Assembly (NCBI GenBank): GCA_965197905.1
Contig: CBDAOB010000005.1
Location: forward strand, 1,280,001-1,344,000
DNA from: Candidatus Latescibacterota bacterium
GTDB taxonomy: Bacteria > Latescibacterota > UBA2968 > UBA8231
Length of the DNA stretch: 64,000 nt
Direction: 5' to 3'
Shown here: in pieces, positions 29,662 through 40,568 of the stretch
Numbering within the stretch: the first letter of the stretch is position 1
Layout: each line of letters opens with the position of its first letter
Translations under genes and position numbers: made by a program
Notes under the pieces: model-generated
What the model was told of the DNA's origin: nothing
The model's input: only the letters and a program-made list of their open reading frames with translations
Databases searched by the model: none

Positions 29662-31537
29662 TTGACGTCTATCCAGGGTGAGCTGCGCGACCAGCTCGTA
29701 GGTTTGTTGGGCGACCGGATTGCCACCGGAGAAGTGTTGATCTCACCTTCCCACTTCCTCGCCGCCATCGTCGAGGATTACCAGGTGCTGACAGGAAGCT
29801 TCGTCTCGGAGGAGGTGAAGAGCGAGTTGTCATCTCTCCTTGGCGAGGTCAACAAATCTACTCCGGAATTGGTGCTCATACCCGGGATTGAGAACTGGAT
29901 CACCAAGTCGGTTTATGGCTTGATGCGCAAAAAGAGCTGGGGCGTAACCGAGGTGCGCGAGGGCGGGAATCACCTGGTGCGCGACTTCGTGAAAAGCGCC
30001 CAGGTGAAAGCGTTGCTCCAGGGTTTGAAGACTACTCCGAATCAGCTGAATGCTCGCCGCTGCCTTCACACCATAACCTACCAGATCGCCGGCAAGGAAG
30101 ATCCCCAGCAAAAACGCTCCCTGGCGCGCCTGGCACAGGCAAGAGCCAACGCCAAGACCGTTGTCCCCGCCGATGGAGGCGGCGCCCCGGTTGACCGCGC
30201 AGCCCAAAGTGAAGCGCGGTTGCAGGAGCTGCTTTCGGGGCCAGCCGAGGACCCGAGTGCGGAGGAGGTGGAGCATCGGCACGCGGAGCAGAAGAAGGCC
30301 CAGGCAAAGATTCGCAAAGAGCAGATGGACCATTTGATAGAACATCTGGACCAATATGTCGCCCAGGGCAAGATGACTGAAGAGGAAGCGGGGAAGCTCA
30401 AGAAGCTGAATCAGGTCGACACGGCCATGCAGAGTGGCAAGGTAGACAAAGAGAAGGGAAGCAAAATACGTAACAGTATCCTCTCCGGCACCGCACGTTA
30501 CGAGCTGGACAAGAAGGTCAAGGAAACCGTCGACTACGTAGTGCGTTACACACAGGTGTACGACGCGCTGGGGCGCATCGAACAAAAGTACGACGACGCA
30601 CTGCGGCTCCTGATCGAATTCAAGGAGGCGGCGAACGCCGCGGAGCGCACTCAAGAGGAATTCGGCGCGTTGGGCAAGAAGCTCATCGAAGACACCGCTT
30701 GCCTGCAGAAGGTCATCGGCCTTCTTGACAGACAGGACGGCGAGGTGCGCATGATCGCTGCGAACCTGCCTCCGTATAGCCACATCATGCGCAGAGATCA
30801 GGATCGCGTCTCCAACATGGTTATCGAAGAGAGTTTCGTCATCGAGCTGCGGGAGTCGGAACCCGGTGCGATCTCCGAGAAGCTGAGGGATCCGGACCGC
30901 AAGGTGCAAGTGCGAGCGGCGGCGGACATGTTGTGTATGGCAGGACTGATCAATCGCCTTATCAAACCTACGCCGATTCGCAAAGAGATTCGGCTTCTAA
31001 AGTTGAACCTCATCATTGAGGACTTCTTTCGTTCTTCCAACGACGTGAGTGAAGCGCGCTCGCGCGCGCAGCAGTTTCTAGAGACCCGCATTTTGAAGCT
31101 GTACCCCGACTTGACCGAGGAGGAAACCGCCGAAATGCAGCAGCTGGGCGCGGAGATGATCGAGTCGGTGGAGCAGACTATCGTGGCAGAGCGCGCCGCT
31201 GAAAAAGAGGCCGGCGCAAGTGCAGCCAAGGAAGGGGCCGCTTCCTCTGCGCCCGCCTCTGAAGAGGGAGGGGGTGAGCTCAGCGCAGACGAGGTGAAGA
31301 GCGGAGTGATGATAGGGAGGGTACTGATGCGTATGGGGGGTGGGCAGCGCGTTGCCAAGCGGTATGTGGTAAAAAATCGGGAACGTGCCTTTTAAGATCA
31401 TGCCCGACGATGACGATCCATCCAGGTTCGTGCTCGTCAAGAAAGATCCGGATAGCGGCGAGCTTCTACTCGTGCGCCGTCGCGGCGCCAAGCGGTATGT
31501 GGTAAAAAATCGGGAAGGGGTCTGGGAGCCGACCTAG
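29662..31537 (+). CDS. Large helical hypothetical protein; 3' end frameshifted by a local duplication (called ORF stops at 31395)
   Basis: 577-aa ORF. A shifted frame continues VPFKIMPDDDDPSRFVLVKKDPDSGELLLVRRRGAKRYVVKNREGVWEPT to TAG at 31535-31537. Confidence 0.65.
31354..31516 (+). repeat. Exact 30-bp direct repeat, copies at 31354-31383 and 31487-31516
   Basis: GCCAAGCGGTATGTGGTAAAAAATCGGGAA occurs twice, offset by 133 bp. Confidence 0.95.
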
Positions 31538-31574
31538 GCACCGTCCGGACACAGCGGTCCCGCCGCTGAAGAAG

Positions 31575-32363
31575 ATGCTCGATCTCACCAACAAAGTTGT
31601 GCTCGTCACCGGGGCCAGCAGTGGCATCGGGTGGCACCTGGCCACTCAGCTCGCTGGCTGCGGGGCGCAACTCGTTCTCATGGCCAGACGGCGCCACCGG
31701 TTGGTCGAGCTACGCCAACAGATTGTCGAACAGTGCGGGCACGATTCGATGATCGTGGTCGGGGACGTGGCGGATCCGAGCAGCGTTCGCGAAGCTCGCC
31801 ACCAACTGCTGGAACGATTTCCGCGCGGGTTGGACATTCTGATAAACAATGCTGGCCGGGGATTGTACGGCCCATTCGTGGAAGCCAATCCGGAAGAGCT
31901 GACCGCGATTGTTCAAACGAATTTGTTGGGGGTGATCGAATGCACCCGGACCTTTGTGCCGGACATGCTCGAAAGGGGAGATGGGTGTGTGGTTTTCGTG
32001 TCGAGCGTGCTGGGGGAGCTGCCGGCACCAAACAACGCGGTGTACGGCGCCACAAAGTTCGCGGTGTCCGGCCTGGCTGAAAGTCTGGAGTATGAATTGA
32101 CTCCGAGGGGGGTCGGGGTGTTGCTGGTCGAGCCCGGGTCGGTGCCTACCGAATTCGCCGACGTCAGCGGCACGCCCGCGGGACAGTACCGATGGTTACC
32201 GCGAACATCTCCCGAACGGGTGGCGCGCCTTATCGTCGATGCCATCGTTCGCCGACGGCGCCGACTCGTTCCCGATCGTTTTGCCCACCTTGGGATATTG
32301 TGGCGTCGTTATCTGCCGCGAAGTTGGAGATTTTTTTACAGGAGTGCGCTGCGAAAGGTGTAG
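31575..32363 (+). CDS. Short-chain dehydrogenase/reductase
   Basis: TGASSGIG, NNAG and YGATK motifs. Confidence 0.92.
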   Translation: MLDLTNKVVLVTGASSGIGWHLATQLAGCGAQLVLMARRRHRLVELRQQIVEQCGHDSMIVVGDVADPSSVREARHQLLERFPRGLDILINNAGRGLYGPFVEANPEELTAIVQTNLLGVIECTRTFVPDMLERGDGCVVFVSSVLGELPAPNNAVYGATKFAVSGLAESLEYELTPRGVGVLLVEPGSVPTEFADVSGTPAGQYRWLPRTSPERVARLIVDAIVRRRRRLVPDRFAHLGILWRRYLPRSWRFFYRSALRKV

Positions 32364-32395
32364 ACTAGGTCGTTTTACCGCACCCAAAATGGCGA

Positions 32396-32632
32396 CTACC
32401 ATTGCTCGGCTTCAACCATCTCCCGCGCCAGATTCCCCAGCTCTTCCACCAGCTCCGACTGGTCATCGGCACGCGCCTTGTTGGTGATTTGCATCGTGAG
32501 GGCGATCAAACCCAGCCCGAAAATGCGCTGCAGGCTCTGAGGGGAGTCCGGCACCAGATTGGGTACCAGCTCGCTCAGCTTTTCCAGCAGCTGTTTGTGT
32601 TTTTCCGATATTTCGATTACTTCGAGTGGCAT
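32396..32632 (-). CDS. Small hypothetical protein
   Basis: 78-aa ORF filling the gap, co-directional with the sugar cluster. Confidence 0.5.
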   Translation of the reverse strand: MPLEVIEISEKHKQLLEKLSELVPNLVPDSPQSLQRIFGLGLIALTMQITNKARADDQSELVEELGNLAREMVEAEQW

Positions 32633-32709
32633 GGGAGTTCGCGTGAGTGGGGTTGGCGTCTGATCAGATCCATTCTAACCATTCGGATCTCTTCCAGCAA
32701 TTGGTCCAG

Positions 32710-33699
32710 TCAGACGTTCATCAGTACCTTGACGCCCTCCAGATCGAACTGAAAGCGCATCTCGCGCAGCCCCTGATCCGCCATGGCATGGCGCAACGCT
32801 TCACGGTCCTGGGCCGGACAGTAGAACATCATAAATCCGCCTCCTCCGGCACCCAGAATCTTGCCCCCAAGCGCTCCGGCTTCACGGCCCGCCGCATACC
32901 ACCGATCGATATCCTGATTCGACATCATGGATGACCGGCGCTTCTTCGCTCGCCAATGCTCATCGAGCAGCGTGCCGAACCGTTCCAGGTCGCCGGTTTC
33001 CAGACTCTTCTTGATCTCCAGGCCAATGCGTTTCACGTCGTGCAAACTCTCCACGACTTCGCTGGTTCCCTTATTCGTTTCCGTTTGTTGCTGCGAGAGA
33101 ATATCGAAGCTCTCCCGCTCGATCCCGGTGAAGAACAGCACCATGCTGTTGCGCAACTCCTCTTCGGTGTGATGGCTCAACTCCAGCTCGGACACCTCGA
33201 CTCGACCCTCCTTGTCGATGTCCAAGCAGGTTACGCCGCCGAATGCCGCGAGGTAATGATCGTGTTTCCCGGCTGGTTGGCCGGCGCAGTGGGATTCCAC
33301 GTAATACGCCTCTTCGGCCAACTCTTGTGTCGATAGCTGGTTGCGCGTATGGCCGTGCAGGGCCGCAAGCAGCGCCACGGTAAAGGCGCCGGAAGACCCC
33401 ATCCCGGTGCGCCCCGGAATGTCGGCCATTGCGCTGATCTCCAAACCGCCGACGATCTTCATGTGCACGAGGGTTTCGCGCAGCAACGGGTGTTCGATCT
33501 GGAGCGGATCCTCCACGAGCTCGGTCTGCGAATATTTGACGCGCACGAAGTCTTCGACCTTCAAGGTGTTGAGCTGGATATAGACATACTTGTCGATGGC
33601 GGCACTGAGAACGAAACCACCGAATTTGGAGTAGTAGGATGCGAGGTCGGTGCCGCCGCCACCCAAGGGAATGCGCAAGGGAGCCCGGGTCGTAATCAC
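32710..33699 (-). CDS. GHMP kinase, D-glycero-alpha-D-manno-heptose-7-phosphate kinase (HddA)-like
   Basis: RAPLRIPLGGGGTD, PGRTGMGSSG and GGKILGAGGGG motifs. Confidence 0.88.
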   Translation of the reverse strand: MITTRAPLRIPLGGGGTDLASYYSKFGGFVLSAAIDKYVYIQLNTLKVEDFVRVKYSQTELVEDPLQIEHPLLRETLVHMKIVGGLEISAMADIPGRTGMGSSGAFTVALLAALHGHTRNQLSTQELAEEAYYVESHCAGQPAGKHDHYLAAFGGVTCLDIDKEGRVEVSELELSHHTEEELRNSMVLFFTGIERESFDILSQQQTETNKGTSEVVESLHDVKRIGLEIKKSLETGDLERFGTLLDEHWRAKKRRSSMMSNQDIDRWYAAGREAGALGGKILGAGGGGFMMFYCPAQDREALRHAMADQGLREMRFQFDLEGVKVLMNV

Positions 33700-33714
33700 G
33701 GGAATTTCATCTAT

Positions 33715-34437
33715 TCAAGGAAGATCGAAGACACCAGCACCCACCTGTTCAAGCGCGTGCCTGTAGCGTTCCGGCGTGTCGGTTGAAAGTAGCTGTCCCT
33801 CGAGGCGGTGTCCATGAAGTGGGCGCCCATCCTCGAGCATCGCCGGGAAGAGGTCGCTGCCGAAGTCGAGACACTGCCCATCGGGGATGTCGTCGACCAA
33901 TTCGGGTTCTATGGCGTAGATACCCGCATTCACCAGGTAGCCTTCGAAGACCTCCTCCGGTGTTGGTTTCTCCACGAGTTTGGTGATCGCTCCTTCGGCG
34001 TCGAGCTGCACGATGCCGCGAGTAGTGGGATCGTCCATCGGCAACAAGCCGATCGTTGCCATGCTGCGGCTGCTTTCGTGGTCAGCCCACAACCTTCCCA
34101 GGTCGACATTGCACAGGTTGTCGCCGTAATAGACAAGGAACCGCTCGCGAAAATGAGATCGCAGCTTTGCTACAGCGCCGGCGGTGCCGAGGAGCTCGTC
34201 TTCCCGGGAGTAGGTGATCTGCGCTCCCCACCGTTTGCCGCTGCCGCAGAAGGCTTCGATTTCGTCGGGCAGGTGGTGGAGATTGATGGCGAGCTGGTCG
34301 AAGCCGTAGCGCACCAGGAGACGAATCACGTACTCGAGCAACGGTTTGCCGGCGATTGGAATCAGCGGTTTGGGGCAGTTGTCAGTGAGTGGCTGCAGCC
34401 GCCGACCGCGTCCGGCGGCGAGAATCATCGCCTTCAC
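33715..34437 (-). CDS. Sugar-phosphate nucleotidyltransferase
   Basis: KAMILAAGRGRRLQPLT..PKPL, LGTAGA and YGDN motifs. Confidence 0.9.
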   Translation of the reverse strand: MKAMILAAGRGRRLQPLTDNCPKPLIPIAGKPLLEYVIRLLVRYGFDQLAINLHHLPDEIEAFCGSGKRWGAQITYSREDELLGTAGAVAKLRSHFRERFLVYYGDNLCNVDLGRLWADHESSRSMATIGLLPMDDPTTRGIVQLDAEGAITKLVEKPTPEEVFEGYLVNAGIYAIEPELVDDIPDGQCLDFGSDLFPAMLEDGRPLHGHRLEGQLLSTDTPERYRHALEQVGAGVFDLP

Positions 34438-35558
34438 GGCGCCGCTTTTCGCAGCACCTTGGCTGCTCTCATTTTGCTTTCGGACTCGGCGTAGAACGCA
34501 TCGAGGTCGGGTTGCTCACGGGCCCATTCGACATAGGAAGAAATTATCGATTCCAGACCGACCTGAGGTCGCCAGCCGAGACAGCCGAGGGCAGCTGAGG
34601 AAGAAAAGGTATGACGGGTGTCTCCGAAGCGGTACTCTCCCGAGACCTCCGGCTCGAGATCCTTTCCGGCGATGCGAATCACCGCCCTGGCGTAGTCGAG
34701 GACCGAAGTCGCTTCGATGCCTCCAACATTATACGCGTTGTAGTCCGCCGCTGGGTTCTCGAAGGCGAGCAGATTTGCCTCAGCCACATCGCCGACGAAT
34801 ACGTAATCCCGCAGCTGCTGGCCGTCCTCGTAACAGACCGGCGGCTGATCGTGAAGGACTCGCATTGTAAAGAGTCGGCAGATCCCGGAATAAGCGTTGA
34901 AAAACGAGTTTCGCGGCCCTTGTACTATCGAATACCGCAAGCAGACCGTGGGCACCCTGTGCTTCCGGCCCAGCTCCCTCGAAGCCAGCTCCAGGGCGTA
35001 CTTGGAGATGCCGTAGGCGGTGTGCGGGTGAACGACCTCCTCCGTAATCTCCACCGGTTCGATCTCAGCAGCGCATCGGGGGCACCGAAGCTCCCAGTCG
35101 GACCTGTCCAGCTGTTCAGCCGGCCGGCTGTCGGGAAAAAGGCGCCCATGGGTGGCGCAGCGATAAGAGCCTTCCCCGTACACCGACTGAGATGAGGCCA
35201 GCACCACCTTGCGGACCGGCAATTCTCTGGCTGCGATGAGCTCGAACAGCATCGCCGTGCTGACGGTATTGACGTGAAAGAAAGTGCTGAAATCGGGCAT
35301 GTAGTCCTGATAGGCCGCCAGGTGAAAGACTCCGTCGACATCCGTCAGCGCCTGCTCCCAATCCGCCCTGTTGCGCACGTCTCCGCGCACCTTCTCGACC
35401 TCCGGCGGCAGGTAGCGAGGCCACCCGTCGGGATGAACCCGGTCCTGAAGGCTGTCCAGAATCCGGACCCGGTACCCCTTTTTCAGTAACACATCGACGG
35501 TGTGCGACCCGATAAACCCGGCACCCCCGGTAACCAGAACCCGGTTGAGCTCACTCAC
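34434..35558 (-). CDS. NAD-dependent epimerase/dehydratase
   Basis: TGGAGFIGSH, YGISK and RDYVFVGDVA motifs. Confidence 0.92.
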   Translation of the reverse strand: MSELNRVLVTGGAGFIGSHTVDVLLKKGYRVRILDSLQDRVHPDGWPRYLPPEVEKVRGDVRNRADWEQALTDVDGVFHLAAYQDYMPDFSTFFHVNTVSTAMLFELIAARELPVRKVVLASSQSVYGEGSYRCATHGRLFPDSRPAEQLDRSDWELRCPRCAAEIEPVEITEEVVHPHTAYGISKYALELASRELGRKHRVPTVCLRYSIVQGPRNSFFNAYSGICRLFTMRVLHDQPPVCYEDGQQLRDYVFVGDVAEANLLAFENPAADYNAYNVGGIEATSVLDYARAVIRIAGKDLEPEVSGEYRFGDTRHTFSSSAALGCLGWRPQVGLESIISSYVEWAREQPDLDAFYAESESKMRAAKVLRKAAP

Positions 35559-35726
35559 GCAAACGAGATCCTCTCGAGAAGGGTCGAACGATGCACAAAA
35601 ATTCTCTCAAACATAAGTAAAAAATGAATTTAGATCAATATTGTGGCGGGGGATATGCGCCCTGACCGAGTGCGTGAGCTGCAGACAAGGCCGTCAAAAA
35701 TGGTATACAAATGGATACTGTTTATC

Positions 35727-35755
35727 TTGACGTCGAGCCTAGGGGTCATTAGTTT
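35727..35755 (+). promoter_or_regulatory. Putative sigma-70 promoter for the EIIA gene
   Basis: TTGACG-N17-TAGTTT; GGAGGG RBS before ATG 35778. Confidence 0.45.
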
Positions 35756-35777
35756 CGCCACGACCCGGGAGGGTGCC

Positions 35778-36242
35778 ATGATAAAATGGAATCGCTTACT
35801 CAATCCGCAGCGAGTGCTGGTAGGTGTCCGTTCAACGCGACGGTTCGACGTCATACGTGAACTCGCGGCCGTTATCTCGGAGGATGAGGCTGTTGGCGAC
35901 CCCAAGCGGTTTCTGGCAGACCTTATTCGGAGGGAGAAACAGAGTTCGACGGGTATCGGTCACGGGGTCGCGATTCCCCACGTTCACGAAGACTACATCC
36001 ACAGGCAGATTCTGGCCGTTGGTGTCTCCACCGATGGCATCGACTTCGCCGGATTGGACGACATACCGGTGCGGATTGTGGCACTGTTCGCCAGCCCCCT
36101 GAAACACCAGAAGCAGCATATGAAGCTCCTTGCCGCGCTGTCCCGCCTCCTGCAGACAGCTTCTGTCCGCGATCGCTTGATCGGGGCGACCGAGGCGGCG
36201 GAGGTGATCGAGGTCTTCTCACACACGCCGCAGCCTGTCTGA
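35778..36242 (+). CDS. PTS EIIA (Ntr/fructose-type) protein
   Basis: REKQSSTGIGHGVAIPH (phospho-His), GIDF and HMKLLAALSR motifs. Confidence 0.88.
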   Translation: MIKWNRLLNPQRVLVGVRSTRRFDVIRELAAVISEDEAVGDPKRFLADLIRREKQSSTGIGHGVAIPHVHEDYIHRQILAVGVSTDGIDFAGLDDIPVRIVALFASPLKHQKQHMKLLAALSRLLQTASVRDRLIGATEAAEVIEVFSHTPQPV

Positions 36243-36300
36243 GCGCGCGACTGCATTCAGGAGCTTCCTTTTTCCTTAACGCAATAGTTTTGGCAGCGCG

Positions 36301-38367
36301 ATGAAGGGTGATATCGCCGCCGCCGTCGAAGGGGCGACGGAGGGTGGATGGTCCTGTTTTCTGTCCGCACCTTCTGGCAGTGACTGGCCGCAGGCGGTGA
36401 TGGGGAGACTGCGATATCTCCTGGGCAACCGAATTCCCGGACACCAGATCCTTCTCCTGGTTCCGGACCGTGCCACCGGCATCGAGATTCGCGCCGAGCT
36501 GACGGCGCTTCAAACCGAGCCGTTCGCCCAGCTCGATCCGCAGACCTACTACAGTATGGCGGCCCGGTTTACCAGGCTGTTCTGGCCCCTGATCGCCTCG
36601 GAGACGGGTTTCGCCGACCCCAGCCGTCCTCCGGTGCTGCTGAACTACGAGATGGCGCAACACCTTCTAGGCCAGCTCATCCAACCGCTGCTGAACAAGG
36701 GATACTTTGGCGAGCTCTCCCTGCGCCCCCAGCGCATAATCAGTCAGCTCATAGACAACCTGAACCGGGCAGCGGTCAACGGCTACCCCATTGCCGCGGT
36801 CGAGTCGCGACTTGCTGCTGCGTGGAACGGTGACCCGGATAGGTTGCGGTACTACGAACAGGGACAAGAGTGCATCGATCTCTTCCGATCCCATTGCCTG
36901 AAATACGGTCTGCTAGACCTCTCGTTGTCGGTGTCCATATTTACCCAACTGTGCGCAAAAAAGGTTTTCTGGAGTTTCGTGGTGCGGCGCTACCGGCACC
37001 TTGTGGCGGAACAGGTGGAGGAGACGGTGCCCGTGGCGCAAGATATGGTGCGCCGCCTGCTGGGCGAATGTCAATCCAGCCTTCTCTGTTGCGATCCCGA
37101 AGGTGTTTACCGCTCTTTTCTCGGATCGAACCCCGCCGGCGCTACCGAGCTAGGGGAGCTTTGTCGCGACCAGGTCGAGCTGAGCACCGCAGCTGGGGCG
37201 ACGAAGGTAATTTCGTTCCTGAACGCCGTCGCCGGAGAGTTGCAGCAAGCAGCGGCGATCGAGGAGGCAAATGGGGAGCAGCCTGGGTTCGTGCGTTTGA
37301 TTCGGACCCGGTACCGCGTGGAGATGATTCGGCAGATCGGGCGCGAAATAGGCGTTCTGCAAAAACAGGGCATAGCTCCGGGCGACATTGCGGTGGTCGC
37401 TCCCTTCGCCGATGGCGGCCTCCGATTCATGTTGGGCCAGGTTTTGTCTGAAGCCGGGATCGCCTTCAAGATCGTGCGCCGCTACGAGAATCTCTTTGAG
37501 GAACCGATAGTCCGGTCGGGCATCGCGTTGGCGATGCTAGCGCACCCGCGATGGGGACGAAAGCCAACGCCATACGAGGTCGCTGAAGCATTTACATCGA
37601 TTCTCAAATGCGACCCGATCCGCGGCCGACTCGCAGCGAATCACTTGTACGACCCCCGCTCCGGCTCCTTGATGTCGCGAGTCAATCTGGACGAAACCGT
37701 GGCGTTGCGCTTGGGCGAGCGCCTCCTCTCCACTTTCGGCGCGCTGAAGAGATGGCTCGACGAGTACCTGTCGCGCCCGGTGGAGCATATCGATCATTTC
37801 CTGCGCCGTCTGTTCAACGAACCATTTCTCCAGGCGGGCTTGGAGTCTCACGACGTTGAGATCTTCAGCAAGCTCGTAGCTTCGGCGGCCGCCTTCCGTC
37901 GAACGTCGCCCTTCATGGGTCTTGGCATCGAGGAGATCGGCGATGGCTACATAGCGATGCTCGCAGAGGGGATCGTGGCCGCTCAATACCTGGTCGATTC
38001 CGGCATCGAAGCCGATGCAGACGCCGTAACCTTGATCGCACCGGTATACACCTATCTGCTCAGCCATCAGCGGGCGCGGGTACAGTTCTGGCTGGACATC
38101 GGTTCGCCATACTGGTGGGAACCGCTGCATCAGCCGCTTACCAATCATCAGGTCCTGGCCCGCAGCTGGAGTGGCGATGAGAAGTGGACGGATCTCATCG
38201 ACTACCGCCGCCGCAATCGCACCCTGCTACGTCTGCTGCGCGGCTTGGTCCGGCGCTGCGACGAAGGAATCTACCTGTGCAACAGCGAGCTCGATTCCGG
38301 AGGCAATCCGCAGCAGGGGCCGTTGCTGTTCACGGCCGAACGAGTGCTGGAGGAGGAGCCGCATTGA
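36301..38367 (+). CDS. UvrD-like helicase-fold protein with degenerate ATPase motifs
   Basis: SAPSGSDW at the Walker A position, YRHLVAEQVEE at the Walker B position, GIAPGDIAVVAP; coupled to the helicase gene. Confidence 0.65.
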   Translation: MKGDIAAAVEGATEGGWSCFLSAPSGSDWPQAVMGRLRYLLGNRIPGHQILLLVPDRATGIEIRAELTALQTEPFAQLDPQTYYSMAARFTRLFWPLIASETGFADPSRPPVLLNYEMAQHLLGQLIQPLLNKGYFGELSLRPQRIISQLIDNLNRAAVNGYPIAAVESRLAAAWNGDPDRLRYYEQGQECIDLFRSHCLKYGLLDLSLSVSIFTQLCAKKVFWSFVVRRYRHLVAEQVEETVPVAQDMVRRLLGECQSSLLCCDPEGVYRSFLGSNPAGATELGELCRDQVELSTAAGATKVISFLNAVAGELQQAAAIEEANGEQPGFVRLIRTRYRVEMIRQIGREIGVLQKQGIAPGDIAVVAPFADGGLRFMLGQVLSEAGIAFKIVRRYENLFEEPIVRSGIALAMLAHPRWGRKPTPYEVAEAFTSILKCDPIRGRLAANHLYDPRSGSLMSRVNLDETVALRLGERLLSTFGALKRWLDEYLSRPVEHIDHFLRRLFNEPFLQAGLESHDVEIFSKLVASAAAFRRTSPFMGLGIEEIGDGYIAMLAEGIVAAQYLVDSGIEADADAVTLIAPVYTYLLSHQRARVQFWLDIGSPYWWEPLHQPLTNHQVLARSWSGDEKWTDLIDYRRRNRTLLRLLRGLVRRCDEGIYLCNSELDSGGNPQQGPLLFTAERVLEEEPH

Positions 38368-40568
38368 GTCCGTTCAAGCCGCGACCGGGACAGCAGCAAA
38401 TAATGGAGTATGGCGGTGGTCTCATGGGTGTGTCGGCGGTGCCAGGGAGTGGAAAGACGGCAACCATAGCCAACCTCGCGGCGCGTTTGGTCCGCGAGAG
38501 GACGGTGGGCACGGGGAGCGTGCTTGTAGTTACCTATCAGAACGCTGCGGTTGATGCTATCAAAACCCGAATCAGGTCCGAGCTCGGTCACGTCAATCGA
38601 CCTGACGGAGGGTACGACGTCAGGACACTTCACAGCTTGTCCTACGGGATAATTCAAGCTCAACCCGCCCTGGCGGGAACGACCGCAGAGTTTCACGTCG
38701 TCGACGACCGGACGCGCGCTGATCTTCTCGACAAGGCGACACGTTTGTGGAGTGAGCAGAACCGATCGGTGTGGGAGCCGCTCGCCGTCCAGGGAAAGTC
38801 CGACTGGCAGGCGGAGTGGATCGAGATCGCTCATGCCCTCGCGCGCTCACTGATCGCCACCGCAAAGAACCATCGGTTGGCGCCCGAGCGGGGCCTAGGG
38901 TTGGCTGATACGCTACCTGCGGGAATGGTGCGAACCCTGCTCACAGCCGGAATGGAGATCTACCGGCTCTATCAGCGCAATCTGACGACCATCGGCGGCC
39001 TCGACTTCGATGATCTCGTTCGCCTGGCATTGGACCTGATCACCGTACACGAAGAGCTGGCGCAGCGGCTCCGTCGGGAATGGCCGATCGTCCTCGAGGA
39101 TGAAGCCCAAGACAGCATTCCCCTGCAAGAGAAACTGCTGAGCCAACTCTCCGGCGGTTCAGGCTGGATCAGGGTAGGGGATCCCAATCAGTCGATCATG
39201 AGTACCTTCACCGCCGCCAACCCCCGATACCTGCGTCAATTTCTCGATCGCAACGATGTCGAGACGGTGGAGATGCTGATCTCGGGACGTTGCGCCCGCC
39301 CCATCCTCGAATTGGCGAACCATTTGGTGGAGTGGATCTGTGCCCACCATCCGGTGCAGTCGGTGCGTGAGCGGGCTTTCCGCAGTCAGACGATTTGCGG
39401 CACCGAACCCGGAGACAGCCAGGAAAATCCAGGTGACGAAGAAAGCGGCATTCTCTTCCGCGAATACAATGACCGAGACGATGAGCTGCAGGACATTGCG
39501 CGCCGGGCTCATGGTTTCACCCTTTCGCATCCGGACAGGACCGCGGCGATTCTCGTTCCAACCAATCGCGTCGGCACGGAGATGGTCGAGCGTCTACAGC
39601 AACAGGATGCCGCATTCGACGAAGTGCTGCAGACCTCCCGACGTTCACGAGAGACCTGCGACGCCCTTAGTTCGGTGTTGGTTTATCTCGCAGATCCGCT
39701 CAAGGCGAAAGGGTTGGAAAGGGCGTTTCAGTCGGTGTGTCAGCGGGGCCACCTGTGTGACGAGTCCGGCACCCGCGAAGGGGTGTCCAGATTGCTGCGC
39801 AGCTGCTACCGGGCCGAGTCGCTGATTTTTCCGGAAGGGGGTGCAGCTACCGCAGAGGCTTTCCCGCCCATCGGTCCAATCTCCGAAGCAGAGATGGTCG
39901 TGTTAGACGAATTCGCCACACAACTCCGTCGATGGTTAATGGCTGCCTCGTTGCCCATCGATCAGCTGGTGTTGACGTTGGGACAAGACCTGTTCGAAGA
40001 CGAGCAACTGGCAAGCGCGCAGCGAATTGCCGCGTACTTGCGCGGTAAGGCTGAGCAGAACAGCCATTGGCGGCTTCCAGATTTTGCCCGTGAACTCGAG
40101 GTGGCCATTCGTGGCCACAGTGCCATCTTCGCCGGCGACAGCGCCGAGTTTCAACCCCGTCCCGGGCGTATCACCCTTACGACTATGCACAAAGCGAAAG
40201 GGCTCGAATGGGACCTTGTTTACCTCGTCGGGGTCGACGGGGAATGGTTTCCTCACGATTTGAGCGATCGTTTTCGAGGGGAGCGAGAGTTCTTGAACGC
40301 CGACCCGGCTGAGGAGACCAAAGCAGCTTTGCTGCGTCTTCTTGGCGAATCCGCATCTTCCGAGCATTTGGCGACCGATGACGCCCATGTGGAGATCATC
40401 GCCGAGCGGCTGCGTCTCCTCTACGTCGGCATAACCAGAGCGCGCCGATATCTGGGATTCAGCTGGAGTCGACAGGTGCCATCGTTCGACCGCCATCGCC
40501 GAGTCCCGCCCGCTGCCATGTTCTCCATACTCCAAACCCACCACCTGAAATCCAAGGAAGATGACTGA
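38364..40568 (+). CDS. ATP-dependent UvrD/REP family helicase
   Basis: AVPGSGKT, LEDEAQD, VGDPNQSI, TMHKAKGLEW and RLLYVGITRA motifs. TTG start overlaps the upstream TGA. Confidence 0.9.
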   Translation: MSPFKPRPGQQQIMEYGGGLMGVSAVPGSGKTATIANLAARLVRERTVGTGSVLVVTYQNAAVDAIKTRIRSELGHVNRPDGGYDVRTLHSLSYGIIQAQPALAGTTAEFHVVDDRTRADLLDKATRLWSEQNRSVWEPLAVQGKSDWQAEWIEIAHALARSLIATAKNHRLAPERGLGLADTLPAGMVRTLLTAGMEIYRLYQRNLTTIGGLDFDDLVRLALDLITVHEELAQRLRREWPIVLEDEAQDSIPLQEKLLSQLSGGSGWIRVGDPNQSIMSTFTAANPRYLRQFLDRNDVETVEMLISGRCARPILELANHLVEWICAHHPVQSVRERAFRSQTICGTEPGDSQENPGDEESGILFREYNDRDDELQDIARRAHGFTLSHPDRTAAILVPTNRVGTEMVERLQQQDAAFDEVLQTSRRSRETCDALSSVLVYLADPLKAKGLERAFQSVCQRGHLCDESGTREGVSRLLRSCYRAESLIFPEGGAATAEAFPPIGPISEAEMVVLDEFATQLRRWLMAASLPIDQLVLTLGQDLFEDEQLASAQRIAAYLRGKAEQNSHWRLPDFARELEVAIRGHSAIFAGDSAEFQPRPGRITLTTMHKAKGLEWDLVYLVGVDGEWFPHDLSDRFRGEREFLNADPAEETKAALLRLLGESASSEHLATDDAHVEIIAERLRLLYVGITRARRYLGFSWSRQVPSFDRHRRVPPAAMFSILQTHHLKSKEDD

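Noticed and set aside
31354..31516. 30-bp repeat as a CRISPR array
   Set aside because: Only two copies, a 103-nt gap, inside coding sequence, and no cas genes.
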